This document shows positions 10,132 through 20,195 of a DNA stretch of 64,000 nt, in pieces. The DNA is taken from contig OY968796.1 of assembly GCA_963695545.1 (NCBI GenBank), positions 32,001 through 96,000 of the forward strand. The letters are read 5' to 3'. Under the pieces are notes generated by a model. That model was not told the DNA's origin. It worked only from the letters and a program-made list of their open reading frames with translations, and did not search any database. Each line of letters starts with the position of its first letter. The first letter of the stretch is position 1. A program made the translations under genes and the position numbers. The stretch is from Terriglobia bacterium. GTDB taxonomy: Bacteria; Acidobacteriota; Terriglobia; Acidiferrales; UBA7541.

Positions 10132-10730
10132 GAGCGCGCCCTCCCTTTGAAATAGACCATGTCCCAAAACTTGACGCCGAAACGCGTGAGCCAGAAAGGC
10201 TCGAGCACAACCGGCTCCAGTGACTCCGAGAAAATATCGCGCCACTCGGCGAGCGGCCGGACGAAGCGGCCGCGATCCCAGCGCGCCAACTGACGCCGCA
10301 GCCCCTGGCGTTCGGGCATGACCACCTCGATGACGTGAACGTGGCCGTCTTCGGTGAGCAGCGTCGATAGATGCGAGAGGATGCGGCGCGTGGACGCGAG
10401 ATCCACGTGATGGAGGAAACTGTTCGCGAGGATGAAATCGTATTTTTCGCCGGGCGGCGCGGTGTACTCGCAAACGTCGGCGGCCAGAAAATCGCGATGG
10501 TACAAGCGGCGAGCATACTGAATATAGGCTGGGTTCACATCGACGCCGAGATATTGCGCCGAGGCGAAGTGGCGCGTGTTGGTTCCGGGGCCGCAGCCGA
10601 CATCGAGCACGCGGCGCACGCGCGAAAGATCGTTGTGCGCGTACATGGGCGCCAACTTTTGCTCCGCAAACTTTCCTTGCCAGAAGAGATAGGCGCGCGG
10701 ATGAGCCAGCAACTCGGTTCCCGGAATCAT
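10128..10730 (-). CDS. Class I SAM-dependent methyltransferase
   Basis: VLDVGCGPG motif I, GVDVN and YDFILANSFLHH. ATG at 10730 overlaps the upstream stop (ATGA). Confidence 0.88.
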   Translation of the reverse strand: MIPGTELLAHPRAYLFWQGKFAEQKLAPMYAHNDLSRVRRVLDVGCGPGTNTRHFASAQYLGVDVNPAYIQYARRLYHRDFLAADVCEYTAPPGEKYDFILANSFLHHVDLASTRRILSHLSTLLTEDGHVHVIEVVMPERQGLRRQLARWDRGRFVRPLAEWRDIFSESLEPVVLEPFWLTRFGVKFWDMVYFKGRARS

Positions 10731-12697
10731 GGCCGCCACCTGACTTCAAACTTTCCGATATCGGCTTTTTTCGGGAAGCGCGCCGCAAGCACGTCGCGCA
10801 AATTTCCGGGAAGCGGCTGGGAAAATGCGGGCTCGCGATCGATTACGATCACGCTTGGATGTACGGCATCGATCGCGGCGAGCACGCGAGACGCTTCGTG
10901 GGCGTAGTCCTCGAATCCATCGAAAATCATGCGCGTGGGATTGGGCATTCCCGCAAGGAAATAGATTTCCGGGCAGTCCGGTCCTGCGTAGAGCTGGCCA
11001 TTGGTGGCCTTCGACTGTACAAGAGCGATCACGCGGCGGTAGTCGTAGACTTCCTCGGTGTCCACGCGCAAACCTCCGGCGCGAGGCATACCAAGCGACT
11101 CAAGCGGTCCCGCGCCGCGATACCAACGGGCCATCGAATCCATCGAAAAACCGGGCGTGATCACGAGCATCATGAAAATGATGTAAAAACCGGCGGCCAA
11201 TTTCGGGATCAAGCGAGGGGCCGGATCCCTGGTGCTGAGGATGGCGAGCGCGGCCAGCGCCACCAGCGGCGCGACGTAACAGAAATACGTCGCCGAAGAA
11301 TACGGAAACTCAACCAGACTGCACATCGCGGTGACGGCGAGGATCAAGAAAATCTGCTGGCGGCGCAGCTCGGTCAATTTCCAACGCGAGCCGCCGCGAA
11401 GAAGCAGAAGCGCGCCGATCACCACCACGGCGGGGATGATAGTGGCGGCGGAGTGCCAGGCCGTTCGATAGATGAAGCGATTGTGCTCAGTCGCGATCAG
11501 CGCGGCGACCAATCCGGTGAGCACGACGACTCCCGCGGCGGTCGATTCCGCGCGCTTGGAATAGCACGCGAACGCGAGGAGTCCGATGATGGGTGCGAGC
11601 GCGAGCACGTTGATCATGTCCGGGGGCAAATGGCTTGCCATGCTGATTCGCAGGAACGGGACGACGAAGACGCCATTGTAGAAACTGGCCAGCGCGTGCG
11701 CTTTCGCGTAGGGAATCAGAAACAAGGCCACCGGCGCCGCCGCTCCTGCGAGGAACGGAACGCTGGTGCGAAACAAATTCCGGAAGCGCGCGCGGTCGGC
11801 GCAGGCGATGGGCTTCGATTCTCGAACGAGGAGCACCATAGCCAGCGCAAACCCGGGCAGGACGAAGTTGTAAAGCTCGGAGATGTCGGCGAGACGCCGA
11901 ATCAGAAGAACGAGAGCGATTACGAACACAAATATGCAAAGACGAACGAAGGATGGGTAGAGCTTTCCGGGCCGATCGACCGGCAATGCGGCGGTCTCGC
12001 TTGCCGCCCTGGCCTCGGATTGTTCGCGAAACGCGAAGAACAACAGCGCGGCGCCGATGAAGTAAAGTCCGATGCTTTTCACCAGAAATGAAAGTCCGCC
12101 GCAGAGGCCGGCGACGACGAGCCAAACACGCGCGCGTGTCTCGAGATACCTGAGCATCGCCGCGAGACCGAAGGTCGCGAAAAACAGGCAATACCACGAC
12201 GGCATTCCCGCGGGATAAATAGGCACACTCCAGGTGACTCCCACGAAAGTCACCAGCCCGGCGCCAAGCGGTCCGACGAATCGAGACGCGCAGTAGAAAA
12301 GAATCGGAACCCACAGCGCAAAAAACACCAGCAGCATCAGGCGAATCGAAAGCAAATTCATCCCAAAAAGTTTGAACGCGGCCGCGTGCAGGTAGCTCAA
12401 GCCGCCGGTGTAAACCTCGTCAAAATCGCGGTGAGGAAGCTGGCCATCGAGGACGCGCTCGGCGCTTTGCGCCAGCATGCCGTCGTCGTGAGGGATCCAA
12501 TGCTCGGGCAAGTAATTCGCGAGCCAGGCGAGGCTCAGCGCCCAGACAACCAGCAACACCGTCAGGCTGCGAAAAGAGGAGGCGCTACGGACGGAGGCGG
12601 CTGCGTCCACGCCGGAATGCGCGTGGAATTGCGATGTTTGCGCCGCGAGAGCTTCGGGCGCCAGGGTTTCCGATGCTTGTTCGGCCGTGGTGGGCAT
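10727..12697 (-). CDS. GT-C fold membrane glycosyltransferase (ArnT/PMT, GT39/83-like)
   Basis: Polytopic membrane protein with an early loop HDDG...RVLDGQLPHRDF and GLSFLVKSIG. Translationally coupled to the methyltransferase and GT2 genes. Confidence 0.7.
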   Translation of the reverse strand: MPTTAEQASETLAPEALAAQTSQFHAHSGVDAAASVRSASSFRSLTVLLVVWALSLAWLANYLPEHWIPHDDGMLAQSAERVLDGQLPHRDFDEVYTGGLSYLHAAAFKLFGMNLLSIRLMLLVFFALWVPILFYCASRFVGPLGAGLVTFVGVTWSVPIYPAGMPSWYCLFFATFGLAAMLRYLETRARVWLVVAGLCGGLSFLVKSIGLYFIGAALLFFAFREQSEARAASETAALPVDRPGKLYPSFVRLCIFVFVIALVLLIRRLADISELYNFVLPGFALAMVLLVRESKPIACADRARFRNLFRTSVPFLAGAAAPVALFLIPYAKAHALASFYNGVFVVPFLRISMASHLPPDMINVLALAPIIGLLAFACYSKRAESTAAGVVVLTGLVAALIATEHNRFIYRTAWHSAATIIPAVVVIGALLLLRGGSRWKLTELRRQQIFLILAVTAMCSLVEFPYSSATYFCYVAPLVALAALAILSTRDPAPRLIPKLAAGFYIIFMMLVITPGFSMDSMARWYRGAGPLESLGMPRAGGLRVDTEEVYDYRRVIALVQSKATNGQLYAGPDCPEIYFLAGMPNPTRMIFDGFEDYAHEASRVLAAIDAVHPSVIVIDREPAFSQPLPGNLRDVLAARFPKKADIGKFEVRWRP

Positions 12698-12913
12698 CGC
12701 TTGCGTTCACCGGCAATTCGCCATTCACAGAGGCGTCTCCCGCGCACGTCGCTTCAATCGGGCGGTGAAATCAGTATAGGTCGGGCGCAGGGGATTCTTG
12801 GGGCGTTTCGGCTATGGTGTGCTCGATATCAACACATAGCAGAACGGACACACGCCGGATGCGCTGAATTGCGTTGCGCAGGAGTGAGTCCGGACTCAGT
12901 CGTCAGGGCCGAA

Positions 12914-13579
12914 TCAGGTCTGATCGATCAGGCGATGGTGAATGGCGTAGAGGGCGAGTTCCAGGCGGTCGGAAACGCCCAGCTTGTCGAAGATATTGTG
13001 CAAGTGATTCTTGACGGTCTGCTCGCTGATAAAGAGCTTTTCGCCGATCTCTTTGTTGCGATAGCCCTGCGCGACCAGCTGCACGATCTCTTTTTCGCGA
13101 TCGCTCAGCAGCGGCTTTTCGCGGCGCGGGCCGCTGTCGGCGGACTTGGTAAAGGCCTTCATGACCTCGGCGGTCATGTGATTGTCGAGCCAGATTTCGC
13201 CACCGAAAACTTTGTAGATGCTCTTCACGAGCAGGTCGGACGCCGATTGCTTCAACACGATTCCGCGCGCGCCCAGACGCATGGCGCGCACCACGTCGCG
13301 GTCGTCCTCGGCCGCGGTGAGCACGATCACGCGCGTCGGGAGCGAATCGAAATTGACCTCTTCGAGCACGGCCAAGCCGTCTTTATCGGGCATGCGCAGG
13401 TCGAGCAGCAGGATGTCAGGCTTGAGTTTGGCGATCAGCTTGACGCAATCGTTGCCGTTGGCGGCTTCGCCAACGATGACCAGTCCTTCTTCGCTATCAA
13501 GCAGCTTGCGCAGACCTTCGCGGAAGATCAGGTGGTCGTCGGCCACGAGGATTCGGATTTCTGGCTTATTTTTGGCCAT
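12914..13579 (-). CDS. NarL/FixJ family response regulator (REC + LuxR HTH)
   Basis: ILVADDH, LLLDLRMP, LSDREKEI and NKEIGEKLFISEQTVKNH. Confidence 0.95.
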   Translation of the reverse strand: MAKNKPEIRILVADDHLIFREGLRKLLDSEEGLVIVGEAANGNDCVKLIAKLKPDILLLDLRMPDKDGLAVLEEVNFDSLPTRVIVLTAAEDDRDVVRAMRLGARGIVLKQSASDLLVKSIYKVFGGEIWLDNHMTAEVMKAFTKSADSGPRREKPLLSDREKEIVQLVAQGYRNKEIGEKLFISEQTVKNHLHNIFDKLGVSDRLELALYAIHHRLIDQT

Positions 13580-13580
13580 G

Positions 13581-15251
13581 TCAGCCCAGCGGGACCTCTA
13601 CGGTCAGGCGGGAACCGTGCCCAGGCGTCGATTCGACAGTCAGAATTCCCCCCACGCTTCGCGACCTTTCCTTAATTGAAATAGGACCGAGCCTCAATCG
13701 ATCGAGGTCGTCACCGGTAAAACGGCCTGCAAAACTGAATCCCTCGCCATTGTCGTCCACGACGAGTACCACACGGCTGTCATTCTGCCACAGTTTCACC
13801 ACGACGTGTGTGGCTTGTGCGTGCTTTTTCACGTTATATAACGACTCCCGGTATATTTGGAACAACTCGCGGCAAACGCGGTCGGGCACCTGCAGCTCCG
13901 CAGCGTCGATCAATAGATCCAATCCCATGCCGGACTCGTTGCGGAAGCGCTCGGCGAAACCACGCATCAGATCCACCAGATCGGCGCTCTGGACGCCCAG
14001 CGGGCGCATGTCGGTCACGAGCTGGCGGAGCTCGGCGGTCTCGTTGCGCACGGTGTGATGCAGGGATTCGAGCGGCTCACCGACCTGCTCCGGCGACTGC
14101 GGCAGCTTTTTGCGAATGACGTTAAGTTGGATATCCACGCTCAGCAACGTTTGCAGGATGCCGTCGTGCAGATCGCGCGAGATGCGGCTGCGCTCGGTTT
14201 CGATGGCGCGGGCGCGCATGTGGCGCAGCAGAAACAAATTCTCGAGCGGCGGCGCGATGTGACGCACGATGCGTTCGAGCGAGCGAAGGTCAGTGGGCAC
14301 AATGCGCCGGCGCGCGTTTGCGAGCAAAATGCGGCCGGCGGGCACGCTGTTGAAGTCGAACGTGACGCTCAGGAAATTTCGCGCGCCCAGCTCCTTCACC
14401 ACCGGAGCGGGCATGCGCGGCAATTCGGCCAGCCGATGCCCGGTGCGGCGATCCCAGCCGAAGCCTCTCCCCGCGCCTTCCAGCGAAATCCACGCGAGGC
14501 TTGCGTCGGGCGCATCGAGCAGAAAACCTTCGCCGCGGTTTAAGGGCATGCTTGCGGGAGCGATGCGGCCCTGCTCACCGACGCGCACGGTCCACAGAAA
14601 AATGCGCTCGATCTCCGCATCGCGAAACACCAGGAAGGCCGTCTCGCATTGGAACGTGCGCGCGAGCTCATCAAGGACGCGGCGCAGCGAGTCGGCCACG
14701 CCGCGCTCGACGTGCAAGTGCGAGGCGAGTCGCGCCAGAAATTCGTGCTCGGCCACGTGGCTTCGATTGCGATCGCCGAGAAACGCCATGCCCACGCCCG
14801 CAGTGAATGTGCCCAACACAAGGCCGAGCCACGGGATCGCCTGGTGCGCGCCGACCGGCCCGGCCAGCACCGCCCGGGCCAGCAGCGCCACCGACGCCGC
14901 GCCAATCAGTACGATCGAGGCGCGCAACCCCCAGCGAATTCCTGCGGAAAGCGAAACGAACAGGAACGGAAACCAGAACGCGACCACCGAGGAACTCAAC
15001 AGCAGGAAAACCGCCAGCGCCGCGATGTCCACCGCAAGCGGCCATTGCCATGTGTCGGCGCCGCGGAAAAGATCTACGACCACAACCGCCAGCGAAGCGG
15101 CGAGATATACGCACAGGAATTGCTCTGCGTGCGCGCCGCGCTGCGCGTCCGGCCGCACGAGCAGATCCACCAGGCCCAGTAACAGGAAAATGGGCCGCGC
15201 GTAGGCGATCTGGCGCTCAAGATAGCGCCGTTCTGCTGCATGAGCTTGCAT
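13581..15251 (-). CDS. Membrane sensor histidine kinase (HisKA_3 type, GAF-like linker)
   Basis: About 5 N-terminal TMs, H-box ERSRISRDLHDGILQ, ESLYNVKKHA, DDNGEGF and ESTPGHGS. Separated by 1 nt from the response regulator. Confidence 0.92.
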   Translation of the reverse strand: MQAHAAERRYLERQIAYARPIFLLLGLVDLLVRPDAQRGAHAEQFLCVYLAASLAVVVVDLFRGADTWQWPLAVDIAALAVFLLLSSSVVAFWFPFLFVSLSAGIRWGLRASIVLIGAASVALLARAVLAGPVGAHQAIPWLGLVLGTFTAGVGMAFLGDRNRSHVAEHEFLARLASHLHVERGVADSLRRVLDELARTFQCETAFLVFRDAEIERIFLWTVRVGEQGRIAPASMPLNRGEGFLLDAPDASLAWISLEGAGRGFGWDRRTGHRLAELPRMPAPVVKELGARNFLSVTFDFNSVPAGRILLANARRRIVPTDLRSLERIVRHIAPPLENLFLLRHMRARAIETERSRISRDLHDGILQTLLSVDIQLNVIRKKLPQSPEQVGEPLESLHHTVRNETAELRQLVTDMRPLGVQSADLVDLMRGFAERFRNESGMGLDLLIDAAELQVPDRVCRELFQIYRESLYNVKKHAQATHVVVKLWQNDSRVVLVVDDNGEGFSFAGRFTGDDLDRLRLGPISIKERSRSVGGILTVESTPGHGSRLTVEVPLG

Positions 15252-15446
15252 GGCTGGGATTCGCGGTACCCTCGAACAACTCTAGCAGGACTTTTCGAAG
15301 GGATTTCCACCGCCGGCGGCCGCGCGTTCCTACTTGGTAATGCCGACAAAGGCTCAAACCTGCGGTACAATCGGCAGCCGGCGGACCCGAGTGCTCCGAG
15401 GGCGCGGGACGCAGCGACAGCCGGGAACCTGAAGTCACTCTGAACC

Positions 15447-16388
15447 ATGATCCAGCAATTCACAGAGAGCCAGGTCGAGCGCATGCTTGGAATCGGCCGC
15501 GCGAAGCTCGGATACTGGGCGCGGCTGCGTCTGGTCTCTCCGCGCGCGCGCTGGGGAACGCGATTTTACAGCTTCAGCGACCTTGTGGCGCTCGAGGCCA
15601 TCCGGCGAATCGCCGCGAATCGTGTGCCGGTGCGCCGCTTGCAGCGAGCTTTGGCGGCGTTCGAGCTCGCGACGGGCGGCACCGCTCCGGCGCTGGCCTC
15701 TCTGCGCCTCTCGAGCAATGGCACCGAAGTGGTGGTCCGCGCGCCGGAACCTGAAAGCCGGGCGATCGAGCCACTCACCGGCCAATATGTTTTCGATTTT
15801 GACTCCGCTGCGCTGCAGCGCCCCGGCGAAACAGGGCTTTCGACAGAGCGCCGCGACAACGTGCGCGCCATGGCTTCCTACACCGCCGAATATTGGTTCG
15901 AGATCGGCATGTCTTGCGACGCCACGCAGGATACGCTGCCGCAAGCCGCCGAAGCCTATGGCAAGGCCGTTGAGATGGCGCCCGATTGGGTCGAAGCGCA
16001 CATCAATTTCGGCACGACGCTTTATCAACTCGAGCGCATGGCGGACGCGCGGCAGGAATTTGCACTCGCCGTCCAACTTGAGCCGCGCAACGCGCTCGCG
16101 CGATTCAATCTCGGCTGCGTGCTTGAACACGATGGCGATACGCAGGCGGCCATCGCGCAGTTGCGCGAAGCCGTGGAACTCGCGCCGCAAATGGCCGACG
16201 CTCATTTGAACCTCGCGCTCGCGTACGAAAAGGTTGGACGCAAACACGAGTCCACGCGCCACCTCTCGTTCTATTTGCGCTACGACCCGAATGGCCCATG
16301 GGCCGACTTCGCCCGCACGCGACTTGCAAGTCAGCGTCCGCCCGGCACCGACGCCGGCAAACTCACGCCCTTCCGCCGCGTCCGCTAA
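15447..16388 (+). CDS. MerR-like HTH + tetratricopeptide repeat protein
   Basis: N-terminal FTESQVERMLGI...LGYWARL...FYSFSDL (MerR-like). C-terminal TPRs (AHINFGTTLY, ARFNLGCVL, AHLNLALAY). Confidence 0.8.
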   Translation: MIQQFTESQVERMLGIGRAKLGYWARLRLVSPRARWGTRFYSFSDLVALEAIRRIAANRVPVRRLQRALAAFELATGGTAPALASLRLSSNGTEVVVRAPEPESRAIEPLTGQYVFDFDSAALQRPGETGLSTERRDNVRAMASYTAEYWFEIGMSCDATQDTLPQAAEAYGKAVEMAPDWVEAHINFGTTLYQLERMADARQEFALAVQLEPRNALARFNLGCVLEHDGDTQAAIAQLREAVELAPQMADAHLNLALAYEKVGRKHESTRHLSFYLRYDPNGPWADFARTRLASQRPPGTDAGKLTPFRRVR

Positions 16389-16411
16389 ACAGCCGCGTAG
16401 GACGCTTGAAA

Positions 16412-16789
16412 ATGAATCACCGCCCCACTCGAGGGATCGCCGTCGCCGCCGTGCTCATGATTCTTTTTGGCCTGGCGGAGGTGGCAACGAGCTTCACCCA
16501 CAAATTCTTCGGCATCGCAACCACCGCCGCCTCCCCCGGCACGTACATCGCCGCCACCATCGGTGTTCTGTACACCTTGAGCGGATTGCTCGTGCTCACG
16601 ATGAAAAAGTGGGCCGCGGCGCTTGCGATCGTTTTCCTGCTCACCGACATCGCCGGACGCGCCGCTCTTGTCGGGGCCAGCTTCTATCCCACCAATTCTT
16701 TCCGGCAAATCTTCGCCATCATCACTGGCACGGTCGTCGTGGCCCTGTTTGCCATCTACATTGGCTCGAATTGGAAATCTTTCAACTGA
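16412..16789 (+). CDS. Hypothetical 4-TM membrane protein
   Basis: 125-aa ORF with four hydrophobic segments. Confidence 0.7.
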   Translation: MNHRPTRGIAVAAVLMILFGLAEVATSFTHKFFGIATTAASPGTYIAATIGVLYTLSGLLVLTMKKWAAALAIVFLLTDIAGRAALVGASFYPTNSFRQIFAIITGTVVVALFAIYIGSNWKSFN

Positions 16790-16818
16790 AACGCGAGATG
16801 GCGCCGTTCTTTTGCCGC

Positions 16819-16872
16819 GCCTGCCCACCGCGTGCCTGCCCGCGTGCCTGCCGGCAGGCAGGGCAGGCTTTT
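16819..16872 (+). terminator. GCCTGCC-based nested inverted repeat / putative terminator (REP-like)
   Basis: Outer stem GCCTGCCC...GGGCAGGC encloses the palindrome TGCCTGCCGGCAGGCA and is followed by TTTT. Confidence 0.45.
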
Positions 16873-16916
16873 CCGCCACCTTGAATTGTCGTATGCTATG
16901 TTCACTCGCGAACAGT

Positions 16917-16993
16917 GGTGAGCGTAGCTCAGCCGGTAGAGCATCGGTCTGTGGCACCGAGGGTCGTGGGTTCAAATCCCATCGCTCACCCCA
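16917..16993 (+). tRNA. tRNA-His (GUG)
   Basis: Cloverleaf with G-1, acceptor GTGAGCG/CGCTCAC, D-arm GCTC/GAGC, anticodon stem TCGGT/ACCGA with loop CTGTGGC, T-loop TTCAAAT, discriminator C and encoded CCA. Confidence 0.97.
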
Positions 16994-17167
16994 ACCAATC
17001 GATCGAATACACCCCCCAACGGGACCAGATTTGGCCGCATTCCCTGATTTCGGCCGGGCGTGCTCGATTCAGGTCCTTGCTCGAAAAGGAAAATCCGGGA
17101 GCGGTGAGCCGTGATGGTAGGCTGTGGCTCAAAAACGAGAACTACCTAACCTCAAGGAGACGCACTT

Positions 17168-18286
17168 GTGCAAAGAATAGAGGGTTTTCCAAACAGAAGA
17201 GCGTTCCTTAAGTCGGCTGCCATGGCCGCAGGCGCGTGCGCGTTTTCACGAATTGGCATGGCGGGAGACCAAACGAATCCAGCGGTCTCTCTGTTCGATG
17301 GCAAGACGCTCGATGGATGGATCGACGCCGAAAATAGCGCATGGGCATTCGCAAGCGGCGACATAATTGATCTCGCGGATTTTGCGAAGACGCTTGCCGA
17401 CAAATCATACGCGGTGGCCGCACTTCTGAGCACCCAACTGGATGACACTGCGAAGACCGCACTCGCGCCGTATTCGATGCCGGATGCGGCGAGTTCTGCC
17501 GGCGTGGCGGCCTCGGCCGGCGCGACCGACGCGGATGAAAAAGCAGCTAAGTCGGCCCTCGTCAAGAACCTCAACAAAATTATTTCCGGATCGTTGATCT
17601 ACGACAAATCCCGTTTTCAGGGCGTCGAGCTGCGGCCCGAAACGCAGGCACTTCTCAACCGGAACCCGCAGGGCCGAGTCCTCGTGCATCTCAACAAACT
17701 TCTGGTTCAGGATGCCTTCCCATCGGAACTAGCCCAAAACCCTTCGGCGGGTTGGGCTGTTAAGGACGGCGCAATCGCGAGCACTGGCGCGGGACGCAGT
17801 GTGCTTTACACCGCCGAGGATTACGCCCGCTTTCGTTTGACGTTTACCATGAGGCATGTTTCGGGGAGCCCGGATCACGCCGCATGCGTTCTCATCTTCT
17901 GCACGCGTCCGGGGCCCGTCGAAATTCCTCTCGACGCTTTGGGCGGCATTCAGTTCCAGGTGCCGAACGGCGGGCACTGGGACTATCGGCCGGGCCACAA
18001 CGACGCTGGCGCGGATTTCACCACCGTGCTCAAACCGCAATTCGATCCTCATGAATGGAGCCGCATCGAAATCCTGGCGGATTCTGCGACGGGGTCGGCT
18101 CGCATGGCCGTCGCGCAACCGTTGGGTAACGCTGCCGTGGAGATCCTTGATTTCAAGAATCCCGCTGCCGGCAAGGTCGGCCCAATCGCGTTGCAAATGC
18201 ACAACGCCGGCCTTTTTGATGAGTACAAGGATCTCGTGATCGAGACGAATCCAAAAAGCGACGATCTCTTACAGGGAGGAATTTGA
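17168..18286 (+). CDS. Tat-exported DUF1080 (3-keto-disaccharide hydrolase-like) protein with a large internal insertion
   Basis: Tat signal NRRAFLK. Motifs SLFDGKTLDGW, WAVKDGAI and GPIALQMH...EYKDL. AAGGAG RBS before the GTG start. Confidence 0.8.
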   Translation: MQRIEGFPNRRAFLKSAAMAAGACAFSRIGMAGDQTNPAVSLFDGKTLDGWIDAENSAWAFASGDIIDLADFAKTLADKSYAVAALLSTQLDDTAKTALAPYSMPDAASSAGVAASAGATDADEKAAKSALVKNLNKIISGSLIYDKSRFQGVELRPETQALLNRNPQGRVLVHLNKLLVQDAFPSELAQNPSAGWAVKDGAIASTGAGRSVLYTAEDYARFRLTFTMRHVSGSPDHAACVLIFCTRPGPVEIPLDALGGIQFQVPNGGHWDYRPGHNDAGADFTTVLKPQFDPHEWSRIEILADSATGSARMAVAQPLGNAAVEILDFKNPAAGKVGPIALQMHNAGLFDEYKDLVIETNPKSDDLLQGGI

Positions 18287-20004
18287 TGCCAGGTGAATTT
18301 GACACTGAGACGGGCAACCAGGAATCGCAAAATACGCCAGCTCTAACCACAGGATCCGCCGGCTTCGAATCGTCTTCGGCGGATGCTTTAGACCGGCGCG
18401 GACTGATCAAGGCCGTCGGCGGCGGAATTCTCGGCGCGTTCGCTGCAACAGAAGCCGTGGCGCGGCCATCCCTCGCGGCGGCAGATCGAGATACCGGTGA
18501 ACGCGCGCGCATGAAACCTGCCGCGGCTCCAGTCGGGCTCGCCGGCGTGTACAACGTGAAGGATTTTGGCGCAACCGGCGACGGGAAAACGATCGACTCC
18601 GACTCGATCAACAAAGCGATCGAAGCCGCATCGGCGGCAGGCGGCGGCACCGTGCGCTTCCCTGCCGGTACTTACGCCTCGTATTCGGTTCGCTTGAAAA
18701 GCAACATCACCCTCGAGCTTGCCGCGGGCTCGACGCTGCTCGCGGCGGGCACGGTGACCGCGGGCGGCAGTTCCTACGACGCGGCCGAACCGAACACGCA
18801 GTGGGAAGCCTATCAGGACTACGGTCACAATCATTTTCACAACAGCTTGATTTGGGGCGAAGGCCTCGAAAATGTTTCGATCGTCGGACCGGGACTCATT
18901 CACGGATTGGGCCTGAGCCGCGGCAAGGACGCGGAGCTGCCCGGCGTCGGCAATAAATCCATCGCGCTAAAGCTCAGCCGCAACGTCACCCTGCGCGATT
19001 TTTCCATTTTGCAGGGCGGACATTTTGGGATTTTGGCCACCGGCGTGGACAACCTGACGATCGACAATCTGCGCATCGATACCAATCGCGATGGCATGGA
19101 CATCGATTGCTGCAACAATGTGCGCATCTCGAATTGCACCGTCAATTCGCCGTGGGACGACGCCATCGTGCTCAAAAGTTCCTAGGCGCTCGGCGAAGCG
19201 CGCTCCACCGATAATTGCACGATCACCAACTGCTTCGTGACCGGCGGATACGAGCTCGGCACCGTGCTCGACGCAACCTGGAAGCCCTTCACCGCCACGC
19301 TGCCCAATCCGATCACCGGGCGCATCAAGTGCGGCACGGAATCGAACGGCGGCTTCCGCAATATCACGGTGTCGAACTGTGTTTTCGACAAGTGCCAGGG
19401 CCTCGCGCTCGAAACCGTCGACGGCGCGATCCTTGAAGACGTCAGCATCACCAACATCACCATGCGCGACGTTTCGAGTTGCCCGATTTTCATTCGCCTC
19501 GGCCGCCGCATGCGCGGTCCGGCGACGCTTGCGATCGGCGTGCTGCGGCGCGTGAACATCAGCAACCTGGTCGTCTCGGGTTCAGCGTCGAAGTTGTGCT
19601 CGATGATCCTCGGTATTCCCGATCACCTGATCGAGGACGTGACGATCAGCAACGTATTCATCCAACACCACGGCGGCGGCACGGCGGACGACGCGGCGTT
19701 TGTGCCCGCTGAAGACGAAGACGTTTACCCCGAGCCGCGGCGCTTTCTGCGCATGCCCGCGAATGGCTTCTACATTCGCCACGTCAAAAACATCGAGTTG
19801 CGCGACGTCCAAATTCAGGCGCTTGCGCCCGACGCGCGGCCCACGTTCGGCCTGACGGCCGTAGACGGTGCAGAATTCTTCAACGTGCGCGGCCCGAAAG
19901 ATGTGCCGCTTTTCTCTCTGCACAATGTCGAGCATTTCAGCGTCGTGCAGAGCAAGCAGGTTGACGACACCGAGATCGACGAGGTCGACCGCCAAACACT
20001 CTAG
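18286..20004 (+). pseudogene. Tat-exported GH28 (polygalacturonase-like) glycoside hydrolase interrupted by an in-frame TAG at 19183-19185
   Basis: The two track ORFs (18283-19185 and 19237-20004) are in the same frame. Motifs YNVKDFGATGDG, TNRDGMDID, WDDAIVLKSS*ALG and RIKCGTESNGGF form one continuous GH28 domain. Confidence 0.85.
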
Positions 20005-20195
20005 TGTTTCCGGCCGCCCGCGCCGCTCGGTCAATTGCTGGATGCTGAATCTGCGCTAACGCGTTTCGTCTTGCGCATCGACTTCCATATAATCCAAGCG
20101 AGCGATCGGATTCGTCGCGGCGTTCCGCAACTACGGGAATTTCGCAGGTTCCCCGGGAACAGTGCCTGCATGACGCGAGAGGCAAGGAAAATCGC

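Noticed and set aside
12885..12898. Perfect 14-bp palindrome TGAGTCCGGACTCA after the response regulator stop
   Set aside because: Single occurrence with no U-tract or adjacent promoter element, so it cannot be distinguished from chance or a weak hairpin.
19183..19185. Genome-wide amber recoding or pyrrolysine insertion
   Set aside because: Many genes in the window end correctly at TAG (e.g. maeA, higB, the permeases, GH3). No pyl genes are present, and the position corresponds to an ordinary aromatic residue.
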